64,000 bases of DNA from Candidatus Parcubacteria bacterium (lineage in GTDB: Bacteria; Patescibacteriota; Minisyncoccia; Phycocordibacterales; UBA918), in NCBI GenBank assembly GCA_046050355.1, contig JBJOPW010000004.1, positions 1 through 64,000 of the forward strand. Direction: 5' to 3'. The position numbers were made by a program, and so were the translations under genes. Positions 57,796-64,000 of this stretch are shown piece after piece; within the stretch, counting starts at the first letter, position 1, and each line of letters begins with the position of its first letter. The notes below the pieces were generated by a model that had not been told where the DNA came from, searched no databases, and was given only the letters and a program-made list of their open reading frames with translations.

Positions 57796-58089
57796 ATGAT
57801 GAACGAAGTACTACACGCTAACATTTTCTTTATCATTGCGAGTGTGGCCACGGTTGCTTTTGCAATCATGGTCTGTATTGCTCTGTACTATGTGATCAAA
57901 ATCCTCGCTTCAGTACAAGCGATTGTAGCTCGAGTCGAAGAGGGGAGCGATGTCATTGCTGAAGATGTTGCTGCTATGCGCGAATTTGTCAAAGGCGGTG
58001 GTCTCGTTTCGTCACTAGTAAGTTTTGTATCAGGAAAGCCGCGCTCGCATAGACGAGCGAGACGCGCAAAAGATGCAACAGAGGACTAA
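57796..58089 (+). CDS. Small membrane protein
   Basis: One TM helix followed by an amphipathic helix. Confidence 0.7.
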   Translation: MMNEVLHANIFFIIASVATVAFAIMVCIALYYVIKILASVQAIVARVEEGSDVIAEDVAAMREFVKGGGLVSSLVSFVSGKPRSHRRARRAKDATED

Positions 58090-58107
58090 TGGTATAATCT
58101 ATTTCAT

Positions 58108-58569
58108 ATGGCAGTAAAGAAAAATAATGGTTTGAGTGATAAAGAAAAAATGAGCATTGGCGTGGGACTAACAGCCGCAGCGGTGGCAGCAGCTGGCGCG
58201 TACTTTCTCGCTGGGAGTAAAAAGGCTGCCCAAAATCGCAAGGCGGTAAAAAGTTGGATGCTTAAAGCTAAAGCCGAAGTGCTTGAAGGACTCGAGAAGG
58301 CGCAAGAAATGTCTCAAAAGGAGTACGAAGCGTTGATTGAACAAGTAGGAGCAGCCTATACGCAAGTCCAAAGTGCCTCAAAGGCCGATCTCTCAGGATT
58401 CAAAAAAGAAATGAAAGACCATTGGCAGAAGATTGCCAAAGCAGCCGCACCAAAGAAGAAGTCAGTTAAGAAAGTAGTAGCGACCAAGGCTGCCGCCGCT
58501 GCGACCAAGGCAGCGACGAAGGCGGTCGCTAAGAAGGTAGCGAAGGTCGCCAAAAAAGCGGCAAAGTAG
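58108..58569 (+). CDS. YtxH-like protein with Lys/Ala-rich tail
   Basis: AAAVAAAGAYFL anchor; histone-like KKAAK tail. Confidence 0.7.
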   Translation: MAVKKNNGLSDKEKMSIGVGLTAAAVAAAGAYFLAGSKKAAQNRKAVKSWMLKAKAEVLEGLEKAQEMSQKEYEALIEQVGAAYTQVQSASKADLSGFKKEMKDHWQKIAKAAAPKKKSVKKVVATKAAAAATKAATKAVAKKVAKVAKKAAK

Positions 58570-58652
58570 GGGACTACGAGTCAAAACACAAAACACCACT
58601 TGGGGTCTACCGACCGTTGGTGGTGTTTTGATTTGGTACTATAGAGAGAGTC

Positions 58653-59555
58653 ATGCAGAAAGCCGTTTTTGTACACATTTTTGTTTGGTGTCTGTTTGTG
58701 ACCATAATTATGGGTTTTTTGGTCTGGTCTGTTGGTTCGGTGACGGCCACCAATCGTGAGATTTCTGCAATTTACCAGTATGTAATCACTCCGACAGCAC
58801 CAGTGCCGGGTGTTGCTGGCTACATTGTCCTCGATGAAGAAACAGGTGAGGTATTGCTCTCTCTGGCACCTGATGTAGCGCGGCCAACTGCTTCGGTGGT
58901 AAAGCTTGTCGTAGCGGCCGCGGCGCTACGGTCTGGGCTCCTTGAGGCTACTACCACCATCACCAGCAGTGATGTAGCTGCTCCCGAAGATTTTGGCAAA
59001 CTTACGGTGGGGGAGGTGTACACCCTCCGTGAACTCCTCTTTCCGTATCTGATGGAATCTTCCAATGATGCCGGAGCGGTGATTGAGCGCACCTGGGGTG
59101 AGGAGCTTTCACCAATCATCGCCGAGGTACTTGCAGCGGCTGGTGTGAGTCACTCGATCACGGCAGCTGACTTTAATGGACTCCGTCACGAAACTACTGC
59201 CACGCCGGCAGCGCTTGCCCGCCTGACCAAGTCACTTGTCAAGATCACACCAACCGTTTTTGATATCACAACACTTCCACAGTATCTTGGTCACCAGCCA
59301 CTCGTGAATAATAGTCCGTTTATTGGAGCTAGTGACTATGAGGGTGGTAAACACGGTTATACACCTGAGGCGGGGAAGACCGCCGTGGTTCGTTTCCGCA
59401 CCACTTATCCTGATGGCGAGCGAACTCTCATCGCTGTTCTGCTTGGGGCCGAGGATAGTAAGATCGCACTTGAAGCAATGAAGACAGTGCTCCGTGAGTC
59501 GGTTGCCCGCATTCCCCAGAGTACTGAAGATTCTGTTATAATACCTGCGACTTAA
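58653..59555 (+). CDS. D-alanyl-D-alanine carboxypeptidase (S11 family)
   Basis: ASVVK (SxxK), SSN (SxN) and GKHGYT (KTG variant). Confidence 0.85.
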   Translation: MQKAVFVHIFVWCLFVTIIMGFLVWSVGSVTATNREISAIYQYVITPTAPVPGVAGYIVLDEETGEVLLSLAPDVARPTASVVKLVVAAAALRSGLLEATTTITSSDVAAPEDFGKLTVGEVYTLRELLFPYLMESSNDAGAVIERTWGEELSPIIAEVLAAAGVSHSITAADFNGLRHETTATPAALARLTKSLVKITPTVFDITTLPQYLGHQPLVNNSPFIGASDYEGGKHGYTPEAGKTAVVRFRTTYPDGERTLIAVLLGAEDSKIALEAMKTVLRESVARIPQSTEDSVIIPAT

Positions 59556-59565
59556 TATAAGAATT

Positions 59566-60603
59566 ATGACCGAATCGACCGCTCTCTATCGTAAATACCG
59601 TCCAGACACCTTTGCGGCTGTCCGTGACCAGGATCACATCGTCTCGGTCCTTGAAGGTGCCATCAAAAAGGGCAGTATCCCACACGCACTCCTTTTTTCA
59701 GGTTCGCGAGGGACCGGAAAAACGACCATGGCGCGTATTTTTGCCCACGCGATTGGCGCCAAGGATATTGATATCTACGAAATGGACGCTGCGAGTAATC
59801 GTGGCATTGATGATATTCGCGCACTCCGCGATGCGGTGCATACGGCACCCTACGAGTCACCGTTTAAGGTCTACATCATCGACGAGGTGCACATGCTCAC
59901 AAAGGAGGCTTTTAATGCGCTTTTAAAGACCCTCGAGGAACCACCAGCGCATGTCGTCTTTATCCTTGCCACTACCGAAGAGGAGAAGCTTCTCGATACG
60001 ATTTTGTCTCGCTGCCAGGTGTTTCGCTTCCGCTCACCATCACGTGCGGTCTTGGTCGCTACCGTGACTGATGTCGCCAAGCAAGAAGGCTTCACCCTTG
60101 AGCCAGCCGCGGCTGACCTCATCGCGATTGCCGCCGATGGATCATTTCGTGATGCGCTTTCAATTACCCAGAAGGTTCTCTTGGCCTCAGGGGATAAAGT
60201 TGGGACGGCGGACGAGGTCGCCATCATCATTGGTGCCCCAAAGGTGACCCTCATGGTCAATCTGCTCGGAGCCCTCAATAAAAAAGATACGCCGGTCGCC
60301 CTCGCTGCTGTACGCGAAGCAACTCAGCTCCATCTCGAGATGAAACTCTTTTTGCGACTGCTGCTTGAATCCGTACGCGCCGTAATGGTCATTCGTAATG
60401 ACAAATCAGCCACCGAAACCATCCTCGGAAGTTTCAGTGGGGAACTGGCGACCGCACTGGCCGGCTTTAGTGCCGAAGCCAACTCGACCCTCAACTCGCA
60501 TCTCCTTCTGAAGCTCCTCCGTGCCGCTGATGATGGTGCCCGCTCACCACTCCCATACCTGCCCCTTGAAGTAGCGATTGTGGAGCACTGCGGTGGGCAG
60601 TAA
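59566..60603 (+). CDS. dnaX: DNA polymerase III subunit gamma/tau (short form)
   Basis: LYRKYRP, GTGKT, DAASNRG, IIDEVHML and SRC motifs. Confidence 0.95.
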   Translation: MTESTALYRKYRPDTFAAVRDQDHIVSVLEGAIKKGSIPHALLFSGSRGTGKTTMARIFAHAIGAKDIDIYEMDAASNRGIDDIRALRDAVHTAPYESPFKVYIIDEVHMLTKEAFNALLKTLEEPPAHVVFILATTEEEKLLDTILSRCQVFRFRSPSRAVLVATVTDVAKQEGFTLEPAAADLIAIAADGSFRDALSITQKVLLASGDKVGTADEVAIIIGAPKVTLMVNLLGALNKKDTPVALAAVREATQLHLEMKLFLRLLLESVRAVMVIRNDKSATETILGSFSGELATALAGFSAEANSTLNSHLLLKLLRAADDGARSPLPYLPLEVAIVEHCGGQ

Positions 60604-60610
60604 ATATTGT

Positions 60611-61213
60611 ATGGATATCTATTTTGTACGGCACGGCCAAACAGATGGGAATGTCGCTCGGCGTCACCAGCATCCGGATATTGAGCTCAATGAAATGGGG
60701 AAGCTCCAGGTCGCCCGCTTAGCGAAACTGATCAAAGGACTAAAGCCGACTCATCTGATTACTAGCACAAATAAACGAGCAATGTTGACCGCTGTCGCTA
60801 TTGGTCGCGAGTGTGATTTGATTCCCGAAACTTATCCGAACTTTGAAGAAATGCGGCGACCTAATTTTTTGATTGGGAAGCGCTTCCTCGAATGGACAGC
60901 TCTCAAATACGTTTGGGGTTGGCTCTTTGGACTAAAAACTGCGTCGATGCACGATGGTGAGTCGTATGACGATTTTCTTGCTCGTATCCTGGCGGCCAAA
61001 GCGCAGTTAGCAGCGTTGCCAAAACAGAGCAAAGTGGTAGTGGTTTCACATACGGTCTTCATCAATTTCTTTTTGGAGCACATGCGTCGTCCAGAAAAAA
61101 TGGGTATCATTCGGGCCACCCTTCGCTTTTTTGCCATTTTACGCCTCAAAAATACCGCAGTGACCAAAGTGACGGTGAAAGACGGTAGTTGGCGTATCGC
61201 TGACCGCTTTTAG
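60611..61213 (+). CDS. Histidine phosphatase family protein
   Basis: FVRHGQT, GES and VVSH motifs. Confidence 0.88.
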   Translation: MDIYFVRHGQTDGNVARRHQHPDIELNEMGKLQVARLAKLIKGLKPTHLITSTNKRAMLTAVAIGRECDLIPETYPNFEEMRRPNFLIGKRFLEWTALKYVWGWLFGLKTASMHDGESYDDFLARILAAKAQLAALPKQSKVVVVSHTVFINFFLEHMRRPEKMGIIRATLRFFAILRLKNTAVTKVTVKDGSWRIADRF

Positions 61214-61376
61214 TTGGGGTAGACAAGAGAGCTTCACTTTTTTGTCTTTTTCTGGCACTATATGGCCTGCTGTGGCGTGTGTGTCCCCCACTCTCGCTGC
61301 AGCAGACGCAAGGAGGGCTTCATTCGCCCTCCTCGCCCTCCTTGCGTCACCCAAGGGTCAATCGACCCTTACTTTT

Positions 61377-61447
61377 TGCCCGATCGTCTAATGGTAGGAC
61401 TCTGGTTTCTGGCACCAGCTATCGAGGTTCGAATCCTTGTCGGGCAG
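61377..61447 (+). tRNA. tRNA-Gln(CTG)
   Basis: TGCCCGA...TCGGGCA acceptor stem, loop TTCTGGC, GGTTCGAATCC. Confidence 0.93.
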
Positions 61448-61622
61448 CACGAGAGAATTAAGCGCTTTATAGCGCTTTTTCTCGTGCTGCCCGAAGGAGT
61501 GATTCAATATCACTCCGTCAAGGATTCGAAGCCTGATTGAGCATAATTTGTGACTGAAAGGAAACAAATTATCCAATCAGGATACTGCTCCTGTAAGGAG
61601 AGAAATTCCTTGTCGGGCAGCA
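61448..61622 (+). other. tRNA-Gln 3'-associated structured element
   Basis: Split antisense copy of the tRNA 3' end, internal hairpins, terminal direct copy TCCTTGTCGGGCAGCA. Confidence 0.78.
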
Positions 61623-61722
61623 TAGAGATATAAACACTCATCATCACACGGTCACATAATTCGGTGCCATACTTAGTGTGTACAATCATAGAGTCGTTCT
61701 TTATTTCAATAGTTCATTTTTT

Positions 61723-62189
61723 ATGCAATATAAAAGTGTACGGACGGTTGAAGGAAGAGGATTTACTTTAATTGAATTGCTGGTTGTCATTGGCGTCATC
61801 GCTATTCTGGCTTCGATTGTGGTGGTAGCACTTAATCCGGCGAGACAATTCGCTCAAGCGCGTAACACTGAGCGCGAAGCCCACGTTACTACTATACTTG
61901 ACGCGATTGGACAAAATGTCGTCGATAACCAAGGGATCTTCACCTGTAGTGGTGTGACCATACCAAGTACCGCTACTCCGATTGGTACCGGGAGTGGAAT
62001 GTTGATCTTGGTTCTTGTCTCGTGCCAACCTATATCCCAACAGCGATACCCCAAGATAGTGCGGGTGGTTCAGCTAGTGATACGAAATACACGGTTCGGG
62101 TTGATAGTAACGGCCGGTTTACTGTCTGTGCACCTAATCATGCCGAAGCGGCAATTGCGGGCAGTGTGGCGTACTGCTTGACAAGGTAA
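61723..62189 (+). pseudogene. Type IV pilin with apparent 1-nt frameshift near 61997
   Basis: GFTLIELLVV N-methylation motif; typical C-terminus DLGSCLVPTYIP...TVCAP lies in another frame ending at 62189. Confidence 0.75.
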
Positions 62190-62280
62190 CGAAGTGTAGG
62201 TCAATTATTACCGCCGGTAACGTTTGTGGTCATTTATCACATATACTACGTGAAGCCGTTTATTTGTGTAAATATTTTTT

Positions 62281-63078
62281 ATGAAGCAGTTACCAATGTA
62301 CTTACTCATGTTGCCACTGATGGTTATGCTCGTGCTGGCTCCGGCAGTAGTCTCAGCAAGAGAGGATGATGATTGGGAGGAAAGGGAGGATGAAGATGAG
62401 AGTAGTCTTGAAGTTGAGGCATCTGTCTTTACCGATACTACGATTGTGAAAGTGGAAGTTAATGATCGTAAAACAATCTTTGCTACTGAAGCAGACACCA
62501 AGGAAGAAGTGGTGACGGTTGTGTCCGAGAAATTTAAGCTCACCAAAGAGGCAGTTAATGCCGTACTCGAATTTGAGCTTGAAGATCGTGCCAGTCGTCC
62601 ACAGGATCGCGGTAAGCTTAATCGTGAAATAAAACACGAAAAGAAAGAGAAGAAGGACAAGAAATGGTGGGGCGAACATGCGTCTACTACACCAAAAGTA
62701 TGTCGCGATAATGACACGAAGCTCCAAGTAGAGGCTGATGTTTTTACGGACAAAACTGTCGTCAAAGTAGAGTTCGTTAATGCCAAGGACGTGGTCTTTA
62801 CTACCAATGCTACTACCAGTGCTGACATCATCGCTGCCGTAACAAGTCGCTACAGTACACTGTCAACCAGTAGTATTGCCTCTGCACTAGACATTGAAGT
62901 AGAGGATAGAGCAAGTCGACCAGATGACCTCACCGTTGATAATGATTGTAAAGAGTGGGTGCGGTCAACCAGTACACCAAATGAAACGACCGAAGCCAAA
63001 TTAGCCGAACTCCGTGCTCGTATTGCTGAATTGCAGAGCATTCTCGATCGGATTCTGAACCTGATGCGAGGGAGTTAA
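62281..63078 (+). CDS. Secreted protein with tandem duplicated ~68-aa domain
   Basis: Signal peptide; two LxVEAxVFTD...EDRASRP units; C-terminal coiled coil. Confidence 0.8.
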   Translation: MKQLPMYLLMLPLMVMLVLAPAVVSAREDDDWEEREDEDESSLEVEASVFTDTTIVKVEVNDRKTIFATEADTKEEVVTVVSEKFKLTKEAVNAVLEFELEDRASRPQDRGKLNREIKHEKKEKKDKKWWGEHASTTPKVCRDNDTKLQVEADVFTDKTVVKVEFVNAKDVVFTTNATTSADIIAAVTSRYSTLSTSSIASALDIEVEDRASRPDDLTVDNDCKEWVRSTSTPNETTEAKLAELRARIAELQSILDRILNLMRGS

Positions 63079-63248
63079 ACACACAGTGCAGTAAATAAAA
63101 GGCCTTTACAGGCTTTTTATTTTGTCACCTGGTCGGGTTAGACTCTTACCTTATTGTAATTGGGAGTAAGAATATGAGAGTTGACATAATAAATAAAGTG
63201 TGATAGTATGCAAATGGTTAGCTTTTACTAGCAAGTATCTATCATTTT

Positions 63249-63575
63249 ATGAAATTTATTATTGCAATTGCCATTATGCTCATGGTTATGCCGTTTGGTA
63301 TGGCCGAGGCATCCACTACAAAGGCGGTAAGCAACGAAGCCAAGTTGTATGAAATCGAACAGAAGATTTCACATATTCGTATGCTTATTATGTCTCGTGT
63401 ATTGGGAGCGAGTACTTCAAATTACTTTATGGTTACCAGCAATGGTAACATTATCGCTCAGAGTTATGTTCCGGTGACAGTGGCGGTGGCCCAGTCATGG
63501 TGTGCTGATATGAAAGCGATTAATTCGTTTAAGAACACTACCATTGTGTGTACACAAAACGGTGTAGTTTTTTAA
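63249..63575 (+). CDS. Secreted hypothetical protein
   Basis: Signal peptide; VLGAST motif; TTGACA-N17-GATAGT promoter-like sequence at 63181. Confidence 0.7.
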   Translation: MKFIIAIAIMLMVMPFGMAEASTTKAVSNEAKLYEIEQKISHIRMLIMSRVLGASTSNYFMVTSNGNIIAQSYVPVTVAVAQSWCADMKAINSFKNTTIVCTQNGVVF

Positions 63576-63587
63576 TCAACACAAAGA

Positions 63588-63635
63588 ATTTCACAAACAA
63601 AACAACCTCTTGCTGAGGTTGTTTTGTTTGTGAAA
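63588..63635. terminator. Long hairpin terminator
   Basis: ATTTCACAAACAAAACAACCTC...GAGGTTGTTTTGTTTGTGAAAT. Confidence 0.75.
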
Positions 63636-63709
63636 TCTTACTCTAGCAGGATTTGCAGTTACAGTCCGACTATAAATTCCACTGTGCGTAGTGTGATACA
63701 ATACGAACT

Positions 63710-64000
63710 ATGCAAAAAATACTACTGCTTTGTATGATGATGGTTGGTGTCTACTCATTTTGGACAACTGCCTCGGCAGCCACCTCGACTGCAGACCGTA
63801 CTATAGCTACTGCAACAGTGGATAAGAGCACGGTTGTTGAAACAAAGCCGCCTCCGGTCGTGATTGAGGCGGTGGTCACATCATACTTTGCTGATACACC
63901 AGTCATGATTGAGATCGCAAAGTGTGAGTCGAAGTTCAGACAGTACACTGACGCTGGCAATGTGTTTTATGGCGGGGCAGGGGGTGGTATGGTTGGGATT
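63710..64000 (+). CDS. Secreted lytic transglycosylase-like protein (runs off window end)
   Basis: MQKILLLC signal peptide; IEIAKCESKFRQ SLT-type catalytic Glu motif. Confidence 0.7.
   Translation, partial: MQKILLLCMMMVGVYSFWTTASAATSTADRTIATATVDKSTVVETKPPPVVIEAVVTSYFADTPVMIEIAKCESKFRQYTDAGNVFYGGAGGGMVGI

Overview
The backbone looks like a Patescibacteria (CPR, Parcubacteria-like) chromosome. It carries rbfA, a short infB, clpB, miaA, parB, rel, topA, dprA, serS, dus, a short dnaX, several pilin-like genes and four tRNAs; the lineage is inferred from gene style and was not searched. A ~29.1 kb integrative element of alphaproteobacterial appearance (13773-42889) splits a pyrE-like gene in frame at a duplicated 9-bp core, GTGGGTCAC. 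The element encodes a large serine recombinase whose 3' end lies across the att site, two coupling-protein-like ATPases and a replication-relaxation protein. Its cargo is a Type III RM/DUF4391/SNF2 block, an AlpA/H-NS/attP/tyrosine-integrase block, a B12-radical-SAM + MOSC-ATL + nucleoside-deoxyribosyltransferase operon, a ubiquitin-like (Ubl/E2/JAB-E1/DUF6527) operon and an orphan AbiEii-WYL-Zn-finger gene; the last two sit between two att copies. Outside the element, tRNA-Leu and tRNA-Gln are each followed by a ~175-180 bp structured element with the same architecture but sequence matched to its own tRNA 3' end. All protein-family calls are by motif recognition, without database searches.
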